Positions 1-10,643 of a stretch of 64,000 nucleotides of DNA are shown piece after piece; the first letter of the stretch is position 1, and every line of letters starts with the position of its first letter. Under the pieces are notes generated by a model. The model was not told the origin of the DNA, did not search any database, and saw only the letters and a program-made list of their open reading frames with translations. Source of the DNA: Candidatus Cloacimonadales bacterium (GTDB lineage: Bacteria; Cloacimonadota; Cloacimonadia; Cloacimonadales; DAONDQ01); NCBI GenBank assembly GCA_963662275.1, contig OY759316.1:2176001-2240000 (forward strand), written 5' to 3'. A program made the translations under genes and the position numbers.

Positions 1-730
1 TTTGCATGAGAGTAGTAACAGCTTCGGAATATAAACCGATAATAGACTGTGTTTGTTGGTCTGGATCAATAGCGTGGTACTTCGACTGAAAATCTCGTAT
101 TGCCATCCCTAGAGAATCAATTTTAGTCCGAATATCCAGGGTATTTTTTTCGAGGAACTGACGTTTCATACGGCTTTTTGAAAGTTTATCGAATTTATTA
201 TAATTGTCCAATTTTTGTATGTAGTATTGTGCCATTCGTTGAGATAACTGTTTATCTAATGTCTCTATCGAAATAGTAATAATACTAAGTTGAGGATCAA
301 CACTAATTGAAACCATCTCTGTTTTTAACGAAATCAATGCTAATTCCATAGCGATTAGTGAATCCGGTTTGGTTATCTTCAAATAATGGATTAAATCAAA
401 TTTCCGTATCACATCTTCTCTAAAAGTCCGACTCTCCATGATTGTGACAAACTGCATACTCAGGTCTTCTTTTGCATTAGGTAGTATCCCTCCCCCACCT
501 AACATATCTAAAATACCTGAATTTATACTCATACTGCTCGAATTTTCAGTTATTGGTTGGATAGTCGCTGTGGAAATCCACTTTTTTGGTGTTACTAAAG
601 TATATATGATAGCTCCAATAGCAAAAATCATTGTAAAGATTATGACAAATCTCTTTTTTTGCACTATCGCATATATCAAATCTAAGATTCCAATTTCCCT
701 TTCGTTCTTGGGATTCACATTAGTATCCAT
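1..730 (-). CDS. Wzz/GumC-like polysaccharide chain-length determinant (N-terminal part; runs off the window)
   Basis: Not in the ORF track. Manual translation from the ATG at 730 gives MDTNVNPKNEREIGILDLIYAIVQKKRFVIIFTMIFAIGAIIYTLVTPKKWISTATIQP..., i.e. an N-terminal TM helix plus 'P..W.STATI' motif. Frame is open to position 1; AAGGA RBS upstream. Confidence 0.8.
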   Translation of the reverse strand, partial: MDTNVNPKNEREIGILDLIYAIVQKKRFVIIFTMIFAIGAIIYTLVTPKKWISTATIQPITENSSSMSINSGILDMLGGGGILPNAKEDLSMQFVTIMESRTFREDVIRKFDLIHYLKITKPDSLIAMELALISLKTEMVSISVDPQLSIITISIETLDKQLSQRMAQYYIQKLDNYNKFDKLSKSRMKRQFLEKNTLDIRTKIDSLGMAIRDFQSKYHAIDPDQQTQSIIGLYSEAVTTLMQ

Positions 731-827
731 CAAATCATTTCCTTGTGTTTTTCTTTATTAATGAGAATTTTTATCGTTTATACGCAAGTAATTTACTAAG
801 AAACTCACGTCAAGTCAAATATTAGGT

Positions 828-2543
828 TTAGTTACTTGTTGTATGATATTTTATCGCTTTTAACAATGTAATGACCTGTGCCTTTTCTACAAAACTCCCT
901 TTCCTGAATTGTTCCGCCGTATCTCTAGCTAAATCAGTCATACTTTCCAATAATGAGATATTTTCATTATAGGTGGATTTGAACATCTTGCTCAATGAAC
1001 TATTGGTCTGATACCAATATTTAAAAGGATTCATGGAACGCTGATGAATTTCCGGTTTCAGTTTTGAACTTATTTTTATGATTGCCCGGTTTGAGTAATA
1101 CAACCATCGAGGTATGTTGATTTTGCAGTGCGTATGTTCCCATACATAATTCGTAGATGCAGGCAGGTACTTGATCATCCAATCCTGATACAGTTTTCCC
1201 TTAAATCTGTATTCAGGTGGAATAGTCAGTGTATAATCCAGAAAATCATTATCCATAAATGGAGACGCAAATTCTCCAAACTGGCTAATTGCATATAGAC
1301 CATTTATGATTCCATTAAAAGCACGTTCATGTATTGTGAACATCTCATCATTAGGATATCGATGATGTATTCGAGAAATTTGATCAGATATCCTGGTTAT
1401 ATTCCTATTCGAGAAAGCTCCTATCCCAGCATGAGTATATTTGTGATGATTCCCGGATAGATAAGCACCCTTCAATATCTCCCCCACTTGCCCTGTATGA
1501 GTAATTGCAAATTCATCCCAATTAATTATTTGACAGGCACGAAGCTGATGTGCAGCCCCTGCATAATAAATCAAACCATCATTACTAACCAGGTTGGAAT
1601 GAATGTCTTTCAGATAAAGACCATTATCAAGACTGTAGAATAAAAATTCGATTCCCTGGTCACTAGCTATCTTCTGGGCAATGAGATGATCCAAGTAGCC
1701 GGATTGGGAAAATGTTATACCTGTCATATCCTGGTAACCCAGGGATAAAGCTGAGAAAACATTTACACGGCAATCCAAGCCTCCGCTTAATGTTACAAGG
1801 TGTCGTTTATGGAGCTCCCGATCCTTTTCATATTCCAACGTAATTGCTTCCTGAAAGCGTTCATTTACTTCACCTAATATTGCTTCGTAACTTTGAGTAG
1901 TCATTTTTGTATTATCAAGGGAATATAAAGATTCATACTGCACTATTCCGTTCTTTATGATCAGTAAACCCCGTAATTTCTTGATTTCATTGAATAGCGT
2001 TACGTCTTCCAGCATGTAACCATATGTCATCAGACAATAAGCACCTAATTCAGATACTGACAGTGATTTTTTCATTTCCTGAATCTGTTCGGCAACAACT
2101 TTCATATGTGATGATATCAGAAGCCTGTGTTCCACTTGAGAATAATAGATAGGTTTGGAAGAGTATCGATCTGTAAAGACAAACCAAGTCAGTTCTTTTT
2201 TATCATATAAAATCCCGGAGAAGTAACCTTTTAATTGTCTGATGAAACCAATACCTAATTTCTGATACATAGACCATAACAAATCACATAGATCACTAAC
2301 ACCATACTCATTAGATAAATGTTTCAAATTTAGCAGGTTCCCATGAAATCCCAAAGTATAGGAAGGATTGGATATTAATACTTGTTCATTCTTGAACTTG
2401 CTATGAAATGAAAGACAAAATCTGCAATTCTCGGTTTGAAGATCAATTCTTTCAAGTTCCAATAGAGAAGGTAGTTCTGGTATAGGATTTGTCACTTTAG
2501 ATTGATTGTCCAAAACAAGATAACCTGCGAAACCCGGCATCAA
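828..2543 (-). CDS. Asparagine synthetase B-like amidotransferase, probably polysaccharide-modifying
   Basis: Ntn-like N-terminal domain (TDRYSSKPIYY), PP-loop LSGGLDCR, C-terminal SPFMD; lies directly upstream of the Wzz-like gene. Confidence 0.75.
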   Translation of the reverse strand: MMPGFAGYLVLDNQSKVTNPIPELPSLLELERIDLQTENCRFCLSFHSKFKNEQVLISNPSYTLGFHGNLLNLKHLSNEYGVSDLCDLLWSMYQKLGIGFIRQLKGYFSGILYDKKELTWFVFTDRYSSKPIYYSQVEHRLLISSHMKVVAEQIQEMKKSLSVSELGAYCLMTYGYMLEDVTLFNEIKKLRGLLIIKNGIVQYESLYSLDNTKMTTQSYEAILGEVNERFQEAITLEYEKDRELHKRHLVTLSGGLDCRVNVFSALSLGYQDMTGITFSQSGYLDHLIAQKIASDQGIEFLFYSLDNGLYLKDIHSNLVSNDGLIYYAGAAHQLRACQIINWDEFAITHTGQVGEILKGAYLSGNHHKYTHAGIGAFSNRNITRISDQISRIHHRYPNDEMFTIHERAFNGIINGLYAISQFGEFASPFMDNDFLDYTLTIPPEYRFKGKLYQDWMIKYLPASTNYVWEHTHCKINIPRWLYYSNRAIIKISSKLKPEIHQRSMNPFKYWYQTNSSLSKMFKSTYNENISLLESMTDLARDTAEQFRKGSFVEKAQVITLLKAIKYHTTSN

Positions 2544-2746
2544 AACTCCTACTATTATTCGATAATTATTGTCAAATTCACAGTAAGTTCCTTGTCAAGG
2601 ATTATCCTCTTTCAACATAATTACACTCCAAATTTTGATAGACTTATTCTGAAAAAAAACGTATTTCAAAATTAGTTACTTGACATATGCTTGCACTTTC
2701 AATGTTTCTTATTTAACGAACGGATCAAGAACAATAGTGAGGTTAT

Positions 2747-4885
2747 ATGAAATTGAACATAAAGAATTCTGAACTTTTCGGGAATCATACATTCAACAGG
2801 GAAGTCATGAAGGAAAAACTGCCTGAAGAAGCTTACAATTCCTTGAAAAAAACAATTGAAAAAGGTGAGAGTTTAGATATCAGAATTGCCAACGTGGTTG
2901 CACATGCAATGAAAGAATGGGCATTGGAAAAAGGTGCTACCCACTACTGCCACTGGTTCCAGCCAATGACTGGGACAACTGCTGAAAAACATGATGCCTT
3001 CCTTTCCTTTATCAAAGATGGTATTACAATAGAGAGATTTTCGGGAGAGCAATTGATTCAAAGCGAACCGGATGCTTCCAGTTTTCCTTCAGGCGGTATG
3101 CGTACTACATTTGAAGCAAGAGGTTATACTGCCTGGGATCCAACAAGCCCGGCTTTCCTGATAGAAGGACCGCACAGCTATACATTATGTATTCCGACTA
3201 TTTTCTTAACTTATAATGGAGAAGCCCTTGATGAGAAAACACCTTTACTAAGATCATCTGAAGCACTTAATAAAGCTGCGGTAAAAATGCTCAATCTCTT
3301 AGGTAGGGAGAATATCTACAAAGTGATAACTCACGTTGGTGCTGAACAGGAATATTTTCTTGTTGATAAGAATTATTTGGATCAGCGTTTAGATTTACTG
3401 ATTACGGGTAGAAGTCTTGTGGGTGCTCAACCTCCCAAGGGACAACAATTGGAAGATCATTATTTTGGTTCAATTCCTTCCCGTGTCCTGGATTTTATGC
3501 AAGAAGTTGAGCATGAGTTATACTTACTAGGTATTCCAGCCAAAACCAGGCATAATGAAGTAGCCCCTCACCAGTATGAGATTGCTCCTATTCATGAAGA
3601 AGTGAATATTGCTGCAGATCATAATTTATTAATTATGGAGACTATGAGGAATGTTGCATTACGTAAGAACTTAGCATTATTGCTTCACGAGAAGCCTTTT
3701 GCCGGGATCAATGGCTCTGGAAAACATAATAATTGGTCTATGGTGGATTCAGAAGGCAAGAACTTGCTGGAACCGGGAGATAATCCTTCCAGCAATCTAC
3801 AGTTTTTAATTTTTTTAGTAGCAACTGTTAAAGCTGTATATCAATACGGTGATCTATTACGTGCGGCTATCAGCAACGCCGGTAATGATCATCGCCTGGG
3901 AGCCAATGAAGCACCTCCTGCCATTATCTCTGTCTTCCTGGGAGATCAATTAACTCGAGTCATGGACACAATTGAACAGGGAATTGCCTTTGACGAATTT
4001 GAAAAACAATTTCTGAATGTTGGTTTATCACGATTACCTGTTATTTCTAAGGACAATACTGATAGAAACAGGACTTCCCCATTTGCCTTCACAGGCAATA
4101 AGTTCGAGTTCAGAGCAGTACCATCTTCCATGCCAATATCTTTTCCCAATGCCGTACTGAATACTGCTGTTGCTGCTTCCCTGGATGAAATGGCTGACTT
4201 TCTTTCTCAAAGAGTAAAAGAAAGTATCAAACTCAACGATGCGATCATGATCATGCTCAAAAAAGAGATAACCGAAGCAAAGATGATCAGGTTTGAAGGC
4301 GATAATTACAGCCAGGATTGGGTAAATGAAGCTGAAAAGCGAGGACTGCCAAATTTATCACATACACCTATGGCTCTCAAATCTCTCATTAGCAAGAAGA
4401 ATATGAATTTAATGAATCAGTATAAGATTTTATCCAAAACTGAAGTAGAAGCAAGGTATTCCATCAGATTAGAGCAATACATCAAGCAGATCGAAATCGA
4501 AAGCAAAACTTTACTTCGCATGGTAAAGACTCAGATATTACCTTCAGCCATTAGTTACCAGGGAGAAATTGCTTATTCTCTGAACCAGGTTAGCGCACTG
4601 CAATCTTCTGATGATACTTTAGTTCAATCCTGTACGAAGCAGATGGATTATCTTAGCAGTCTATCCATCAATATCAAGCTGTTAATTTTAACTTCAGATG
4701 AGTTAGAATCAAAGATCAATCATATTCATACCCAGGAAAATGAGGAAAGAAGCGCTTTCTATTGTGCAGAAGAATTAATGCCTCACATGCTCAAAGTTAG
4801 AGATATCTGCGATTTATTAGAAAACACTCTCAGCTTGGATAAATGGCCCTTCCCTACTTACTTGGATCTGCTGTTCAGACTGTAA
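2747..4885 (+). CDS. glnA: Glutamine synthetase type III
   Basis: 712 aa with GATHYCHWFQP, EPDASSFPSGG, HNEVAP, HEKPFAGINGSGKHNNWS, HRLGANEAPP and DRNRTSPFAFTGNKFEFR motifs. Confidence 0.95.
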   Translation: MKLNIKNSELFGNHTFNREVMKEKLPEEAYNSLKKTIEKGESLDIRIANVVAHAMKEWALEKGATHYCHWFQPMTGTTAEKHDAFLSFIKDGITIERFSGEQLIQSEPDASSFPSGGMRTTFEARGYTAWDPTSPAFLIEGPHSYTLCIPTIFLTYNGEALDEKTPLLRSSEALNKAAVKMLNLLGRENIYKVITHVGAEQEYFLVDKNYLDQRLDLLITGRSLVGAQPPKGQQLEDHYFGSIPSRVLDFMQEVEHELYLLGIPAKTRHNEVAPHQYEIAPIHEEVNIAADHNLLIMETMRNVALRKNLALLLHEKPFAGINGSGKHNNWSMVDSEGKNLLEPGDNPSSNLQFLIFLVATVKAVYQYGDLLRAAISNAGNDHRLGANEAPPAIISVFLGDQLTRVMDTIEQGIAFDEFEKQFLNVGLSRLPVISKDNTDRNRTSPFAFTGNKFEFRAVPSSMPISFPNAVLNTAVAASLDEMADFLSQRVKESIKLNDAIMIMLKKEITEAKMIRFEGDNYSQDWVNEAEKRGLPNLSHTPMALKSLISKKNMNLMNQYKILSKTEVEARYSIRLEQYIKQIEIESKTLLRMVKTQILPSAISYQGEIAYSLNQVSALQSSDDTLVQSCTKQMDYLSSLSINIKLLILTSDELESKINHIHTQENEERSAFYCAEELMPHMLKVRDICDLLENTLSLDKWPFPTYLDLLFRL

Positions 4886-4910
4886 GTGATGAATTAAAAA
4901 AAGAGGTTTT

Positions 4911-5222
4911 ATGCTCACCTTTAAAAATTTTGAAGAAGAAATTCCTGAGAACATTTTAGAAAAAGGAATGGATTACTGTGATGCAAATCGTGTTCAGAAG
5001 TTAACCGAATCAAGTCCCGGTAACTGGAATACTGTTGTTAATGGTTCAAGCAAATTTCAAGTTAGTATTATTTTAGCAGGAGAGAATATCTCCTCCTGGA
5101 ACTGCTCTTGTCACAAGCTTCACGGAGATATTTGCGAACATGTCGCTGCTGTTATCTACGATCTTTATGATTATCTGGACTTTGATGATGATTTTGATGA
5201 AGATGATGACGATGATGAATAA
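4911..5222 (+). CDS. Stand-alone SWIM zinc-finger protein with acidic tail
   Basis: CSC-x7-CEH (CxCxnCxH) motif followed by a D/E-rich C-terminus; AGAGG RBS. Confidence 0.8.
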   Translation: MLTFKNFEEEIPENILEKGMDYCDANRVQKLTESSPGNWNTVVNGSSKFQVSIILAGENISSWNCSCHKLHGDICEHVAAVIYDLYDYLDFDDDFDEDDDDDE

Positions 5223-5376
5223 GTTTATCACTCCTTAAAAAAATAAATTCAATAAGAAGGAAAAACCGGTTTATAGAAGCCCGAAGTTCAGACTTCCCTA
5301 TAACCAGTTTTCGTTACCAGGGAATGAAATGTCTAGAATTTTAAAAAATACAGCGTAATTTTGGTTATTTCTCACT

Positions 5377-7710
5377 TTATTTTATAAATATAACCTTCTT
5401 TGTCATTTCCATCCCGGAAGAGTGAATACGACACAAATAAACACCAGCAGCTATTTTACATTCTGTTTCATCAGTTCCGTTCCACTGATATGAATTCAAA
5501 CCAGATTTTACTTTTCCTGAGAAGAGAGTTTTTACATGTTGCCCACGAATGTTATAGATGCATATTTCAACGTTCTCTGCTTTCGAAATTGCATAATCAA
5601 TCTGTACTACAGCATTAAACGGATTAGGATAAATAGCAACTGCAGGTCTTTCAATTGGTGGAACGATCGGATCATTTCTTGCAGTTCCATCCCATTCATA
5701 GCAGCCCATATCAATGCGACCACCAAATATTCTTGGTGCACCATTTAAATCATAGGACGGAAGAAAAAGTCCGGTTGTATCCGGTGTTCCTGCATTGATA
5801 CATGGTGAATTGAAATTTAACCGATAATTCAGAGGGTTGCTCATATCACCCCCAATAATATAAGGATTGACATCGATATTACTTTCATGCCAGGTAACAT
5901 GTCCGGTACCGTAGTATTCATGAGTTGCCGATAGCCCACCGACTATGTCATTGTGATCAAGACCATATAGATAATTCTCGCCATTCCCATGATTATCAAC
6001 AAATGAGATTTCATGATAAGTTGTATTATCAAAGATAGAGTTTTTAATCGTTGTATTATTTTCTAAAACAATGGTCGGCATTAAATTATTAGCTACATTG
6101 TTCACAAATGTACAATTATCAATTTGCATATCCATATCCGCATAAGTCATGGAAGAAATAGTCGGATTATAATCGGAAAGGTTATTTGCAAATAGGCAAT
6201 TCTTGATTTTTACTTGTGGATGAAAATTAGATAAATTGTCATTAAAGCCAACCACATTAAAAATACTAGAACCTTGATTATGAGATTCACAATTAGTGAA
6301 CATTGTATTTTCGATAATTACAGAATCAATAACAGAAAAAACAAATACACCTTGAGCACCTGAATCGTCATAATTACTTATGATGTGATCAAAGGAGCTA
6401 TTCCTAATCGTTAAATTTGCTTCTCCGATATACATACAATTGATTCCAAATCCATATGCACTTTTAACTTGCACATTTTCAAATTTCAAATCATTTAAAG
6501 ACTCACCATAAAAAAATGAGTGGCTATTTGTGCTACATGAATCAGCTACAAGATTATTAATTGTAATATTGTTTGATAATAACAAACTAATATATCCTGG
6601 TATGAGTTGCATGTTTGTTTTTAATGTAACATTAGAAATATTAGATTTTTTTACAAAAGAACCTGCAAATGTATGACTATAAATTCCATTTTTAATGATC
6701 GTATTCTCTTCACTCTCCCCAATAAGTGAAACATTACTTTTTATGGGAATTGGATAGATTTGCTGATTTAAATTATCAGAATAGATACCTGGCGCTAAAA
6801 CAACTTTTTTAGGATTTAAACTGTCCGAAGCTACTACCTGCATTGCCCAGGAGATAGTTCTAAATGGCTCAGCAGAGGTTAATCCTGAATTCTGATCGTT
6901 ACCATCAGGGGAAACATATATGTCATGATTGACTTCTTGCCTTATTCCATATGAGGCGGTAATAGTTGCAGTTGTATTTTCAAAAATCTGATTTTGACAA
7001 CCAATATAAAATCTGTTTGGTGGATTTACCGTAACAGTATCCAATACAATATCCGTATGATTGTTCAAGTCAGACAGCCAAATATCCATTCCAGTTCCAG
7101 ATGAATTATTATAGACAGAGCATAGGTTGGTGGAATCAAAAACTATCCGTGACCTGTAACAAAAGATACCTCCACCGACTTCACTTCTGTTGTCTCTAAT
7201 TGAGACGTTTGACAAATTCAAGAATGCATTATCATCTTCTATTCCTCCACCTGCCGTTGCTGTATTATTAAAAATGGCACAATTTACTACGCTAACTCGA
7301 CTTTGATTTTGTATCAATACCCCACCTCCAAAACTGCATGTTGGAATTGAGAGCATTTGGGCGGCTCCATTTGTGATTGAAAATCCCTGGATTAAAATAT
7401 TCTGTTCACCATATTCTATCTTTATACAACTCTCAACCTCATGTCCGTCAATAATTGTCTGACCAATATATGCTGCATTTCCGGTCGTAAATTCCAGGCT
7501 AGCCAAAGTAATTTGCTGCTTATGGTTCAGATTCAGGTTTTCCAGATATCTGCCTGGATAGACAATAATCGTATCCCCGTTGCTGCAACAATCAATAGCG
7601 GACTGGATTGCTGAATAATCTCCTGTTCCATCCAGTTTTACGGTACGAGTAGTACTAGTCAGGATAGAAAACCAAAGAACCAGGATAATGATCGCTGCAA
7701 CAGATTTCAT
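5377..7710 (-). CDS. Secreted right-handed beta-helix (pectin-lyase fold, DUF1565-like) protein with FlgD/T9SS-A-like CTD
   Basis: Signal peptide, 'IQSAID...GDTIIVYPGRY', 'YVSPDGNDQNSG...PFRTI', 'SPCINAG...IDMGCYE', C-terminal YPNPFN...SYQWNGTD...GVYLCR. Confidence 0.8.
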   Translation of the reverse strand: MKSVAAIIILVLWFSILTSTTRTVKLDGTGDYSAIQSAIDCCSNGDTIIVYPGRYLENLNLNHKQQITLASLEFTTGNAAYIGQTIIDGHEVESCIKIEYGEQNILIQGFSITNGAAQMLSIPTCSFGGGVLIQNQSRVSVVNCAIFNNTATAGGGIEDDNAFLNLSNVSIRDNRSEVGGGIFCYRSRIVFDSTNLCSVYNNSSGTGMDIWLSDLNNHTDIVLDTVTVNPPNRFYIGCQNQIFENTTATITASYGIRQEVNHDIYVSPDGNDQNSGLTSAEPFRTISWAMQVVASDSLNPKKVVLAPGIYSDNLNQQIYPIPIKSNVSLIGESEENTIIKNGIYSHTFAGSFVKKSNISNVTLKTNMQLIPGYISLLLSNNITINNLVADSCSTNSHSFFYGESLNDLKFENVQVKSAYGFGINCMYIGEANLTIRNSSFDHIISNYDDSGAQGVFVFSVIDSVIIENTMFTNCESHNQGSSIFNVVGFNDNLSNFHPQVKIKNCLFANNLSDYNPTISSMTYADMDMQIDNCTFVNNVANNLMPTIVLENNTTIKNSIFDNTTYHEISFVDNHGNGENYLYGLDHNDIVGGLSATHEYYGTGHVTWHESNIDVNPYIIGGDMSNPLNYRLNFNSPCINAGTPDTTGLFLPSYDLNGAPRIFGGRIDMGCYEWDGTARNDPIVPPIERPAVAIYPNPFNAVVQIDYAISKAENVEICIYNIRGQHVKTLFSGKVKSGLNSYQWNGTDETECKIAAGVYLCRIHSSGMEMTKKVIFIK

Positions 7711-7734
7711 GACATCTCCATTTTATGCTAATGC

Positions 7735-7758
7735 AGGGCAGGTCTTTTGACCTGCCCT
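7735..7758. terminator. Intergenic GC-rich hairpin
   Basis: agggcaggtc-tttt-gacctgccct, a perfect 10-bp stem between two co-oriented genes; no U-tract on the coding (minus) strand. Confidence 0.4.
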
Positions 7759-7765
7759 TTACCAC

Positions 7766-8130
7766 TTATTTGAGCAATACCATCTTGTTAGTAACTGAAC
7801 CTTTTTTTGTATCGAGACGGGAGAAATAAATTCCTGAAGAACATTTATTTCCAGTATTGTCAGTACCATTCCAGGAATAGCTGTGAAGTCCCGCATCGAG
7901 AACATTATTTTCCAGACACTTTACACACTGCCCTTTGATGTTGTAGATGTCAAGCTTTGCATGCATCTTTGAGGGTAAGCTAAATTGAATTTGGGTAGAA
8001 GGATTAAAAGGATTCGGATAATTTTGTTTCAGAACTACTCGGGAAGCTACAGGTTGTGATGGGGCTTGGTTGCCAAAAGCTATTTTATACAAAAAAAGAG
8101 CAGCATGAAGAATAACGTGTGTTTGTTCAT
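7766..8130 (-). pseudogene. Frameshifted mini-gene: signal peptide + FlgD/T9SS-A-like CTD only
   Basis: GGAGG RBS and ATG at 8130 give MNKHTLFFMLLFFCIK*. One extra T in the T7 tract (8091-8097) would join this to the CTD ORF 7766..8092. Confidence 0.65.
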
Positions 8131-8676
8131 CTTTTCCTCCGAAAAGCAGTTTGTTGATGATTTATGTTGTTCATATACAAGAACAACGTCCCTATTATTA
8201 AAGTGCTTAATAAATGAAGCTTGGTGGACAGGATTATTATAAATGCTTGGCTTACTACTAGTTAATAATATCAGCATTGGCGATCTGACTTGGAAGGTTT
8301 TTGTTTAAAACTTATAATGTGTAATAGTTGATAACACGTTAAAATACATGATTACCATCGGTACTTACACAGAACTCCCAGAAATGGCAATCCTCGAGTT
8401 TTATCATGTATTGCAAGAATATCTGCATCAGACTAAAACCTAAAACCTATACACTTTTGCAATGGAAGATATTCAGAACCAATAAACCTAAGATTGCTAA
8501 ATAAACTAATAGAATACCTGTAGAAACTGCTTACAGGGAAACGAATAATCGTTCAAATGCAGAACCAAAATCTTGAGTTCCTAAATTATCCATTCAACAC
8601 TCTAAATATGTTCTTTATTCAGTTTTGCAAACAATAAATGTGTATATTTAAAGTCATGCAAGAGATATCTGGAATT

Positions 8677-8813
8677 GTATCACGGTTTGTTAAGCCGTTA
8701 TAAGGAAGTGTTGTTAACCCTGGCTCTTCTGCTCTTTTCTCTTACTTGGATCTTTCTTCCAGTTTCATTCGGGGATAACATCCCCTTGTTTAACGGCTTA
8801 ACAAGCCGTGATA
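8677..8813. repeat. Inverted repeat pair (MITE/REPIN-like)
   Basis: gtatcacggtttgttaagccgtta at ~8677 and taacggcttaacaagccgtgatac ending ~8813 are near-perfect reverse complements. Confidence 0.65.
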
Positions 8814-8908
8814 CTTTCTTGAGATGCAATATCCAGTAATATACTCCATCCACCCCGAGGATTTGGAATTACATGTACTCCATCTTTCATGATATCTCCA
8901 TGCCCAGT

Positions 8909-10300
8909 TTATAAGTACATTTGAATAACGTCTTCTTTCCTTTTCGCTATGCCATCAATAATTTCTTGTGCTTTATTGATTTTATTCTCAATTTCCAGAA
9001 ACTGAACGACATACTTCTCCTGTTCTTCAAAACTATCGGGAATAGGAATCGGAATGCTTTTCATGATCGTGGCATTGATATTTGCCTGATGGATTGCTTT
9101 GGAAGCCCTTGATTTTGCGTATGATTGGAATTGCTCTGAATTCATAAGGAGATTAACATACTCAGGTAAAGCCTTTGTTCTGTCATTTTTGATTCTAATC
9201 AGATAAGAGGCAAAACAATAATCACCATCTAAGTTGAATATCCCTGTTTTACCTACATGTTCAATGGAATTTGTTCTATTGAAAAGCACATCGCCTTTCT
9301 CTAATTTATACTTCGAAAACTCTTCATGCAGCATATCTACATGCTTCATATCCCCATTGTCATACATGTATCCTTGTTTGATTTCATTCATCCTGAAAAT
9401 CTTGAAGCCTGTGCTCTTTGTATTCATTCCTTCATTTATGCCATATTGAACATCAAGCTCCAATTGTTCTATTGTTTTCTGTGGTAAACTGAAAACAAGT
9501 CCCGAAACGTTGTGCTGTCTAAGGATAGTCGCAAACTGATGATACTTGCCCTGTATATCTTTGCTGCTAACTGAATTTAAATCTGTCAATGAATACTTGG
9601 TATTACCAATTTCATAAGCTGGAATATCATTTTCAAATATTCCTTTTGTTGCATAATCCAGGGCATAAGTCTCTTTCCAAGCTTTGTAAATATCTTCTTT
9701 GTCGAGTTGTTTCGCTTTTTCATAGGACAGTGGTTCTTTATCAGAAAGCTCTTCCAAGAGCTTTTCATTGTCTTTGAGAGAGATTATATAATAGTCTGTT
9801 TTTACTTCATCATCCACAAAGTCAGAAGTATAAAGCGCAATGAATTGTGTACTTTCCGCCTGTTTAGCATAAGAGAGGATTTGACCACCATTGATCAATG
9901 TCTGTTTCCACTCGTAATCGAATTCTCTTCCGGCTGTCTTACATTCGATTAGCAAAAGAGATTTATCGTAATAGTCTTTGACCATAATATCGGCACGACC
10001 GCCACTTGCGCCATGACCGACTGTCCATTTAGGTTCTAATTCTATATGCTGAGGTTTGTATCCCTTTTCAAGGAGACGGTGCACACATTCAAAAACAACG
10101 AAATTTTCATTTTGGGTAAAACCAGAAGTAAATTCACCACTAATTGTAAATCCTTGGTTAGTCGGATAAATGAGCCTTTCTTTCGTGAAGTCAACACACA
10201 ACAATGCATCAATTTCCGGGTAATATCTGGATACAACATCACCGTTTTCTTCAAAACCAAGCTTAGTTAGTAATCTCTTGAAATTGTGTTTATCTATCAT
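8909..10300 (-). CDS. Restriction-modification fusion remnant: HsdR-N-type PD-(D/E)xK endonuclease joined to an HsdS-type target recognition domain, no methyltransferase
   Basis: GGRADIMV...LLIECK nuclease motif; C-terminal 'GDVLFNRTNS..HVGK...FASYLIRI...QANIN...IPIP..EEQ' TRD; no NPP(Y/F) or FxGxG motif anywhere. Confidence 0.75.
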   Translation of the reverse strand: MIDKHNFKRLLTKLGFEENGDVVSRYYPEIDALLCVDFTKERLIYPTNQGFTISGEFTSGFTQNENFVVFECVHRLLEKGYKPQHIELEPKWTVGHGASGGRADIMVKDYYDKSLLLIECKTAGREFDYEWKQTLINGGQILSYAKQAESTQFIALYTSDFVDDEVKTDYYIISLKDNEKLLEELSDKEPLSYEKAKQLDKEDIYKAWKETYALDYATKGIFENDIPAYEIGNTKYSLTDLNSVSSKDIQGKYHQFATILRQHNVSGLVFSLPQKTIEQLELDVQYGINEGMNTKSTGFKIFRMNEIKQGYMYDNGDMKHVDMLHEEFSKYKLEKGDVLFNRTNSIEHVGKTGIFNLDGDYCFASYLIRIKNDRTKALPEYVNLLMNSEQFQSYAKSRASKAIHQANINATIMKSIPIPIPDSFEEQEKYVVQFLEIENKINKAQEIIDGIAKRKEDVIQMYL

Positions 10301-10451
10301 ATGTTAATTACCCTCTTTAATCATAACGAATTATTATAAATTATTGAATGCATAATTCTATTCGGTATTCAGGCGAATTATCTGTCAACTTCAAATTCTG
10401 AGTATATACCTAATCAATTCTTAATCTATAACCGTACTGGTCAATTAATCT

Positions 10452-10540
10452 GTCGTCCCGATGGGACTTTCATCTCTTGTGGTCGCTCGTCACCGGATTG
10501 AAATCCGGTGTTAATATGTTTCTTCCCGATGGGAATGAAA
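10452..10540 (-). repeat. REP-like family A (cccatcggga hairpin + cacc/tggatttcaatccggtg palindrome)
   Basis: Near-identical to the units at 62552-62730 and to the intron target site at 34977/37105. Confidence 0.8.
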
Positions 10541-10555
10541 AGTTTCAACATGGTT

Positions 10556-10620
10556 TGTAACGCGTTATTCATAACGTGCACCGCTGAATTCATTCAGTTC
10601 TTTCAGATCAGATGCTATAT
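10556..10620 (+). repeat. REP-like family B (tgtaacgccttattcataaggtg)
   Basis: Matches 49683-49745, including the downstream ccgctgaatt.attcagtt...cagatcagat. Confidence 0.7.
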
Positions 10621-10643
10621 AAAAAAAGGCAAATCCCTAAAAG

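Noticed and set aside
438..761. 107-aa plus-strand ORF and the other short ORFs overlapping long genes
   Set aside because: Antisense or alternate-frame shadows of well-supported CDSs (here the Wzz-like gene).
8340..8640. Small plus-strand gene or pseudogene
   Set aside because: Only a ~31-codon ORF followed by stop-riddled sequence; no recognisable family.
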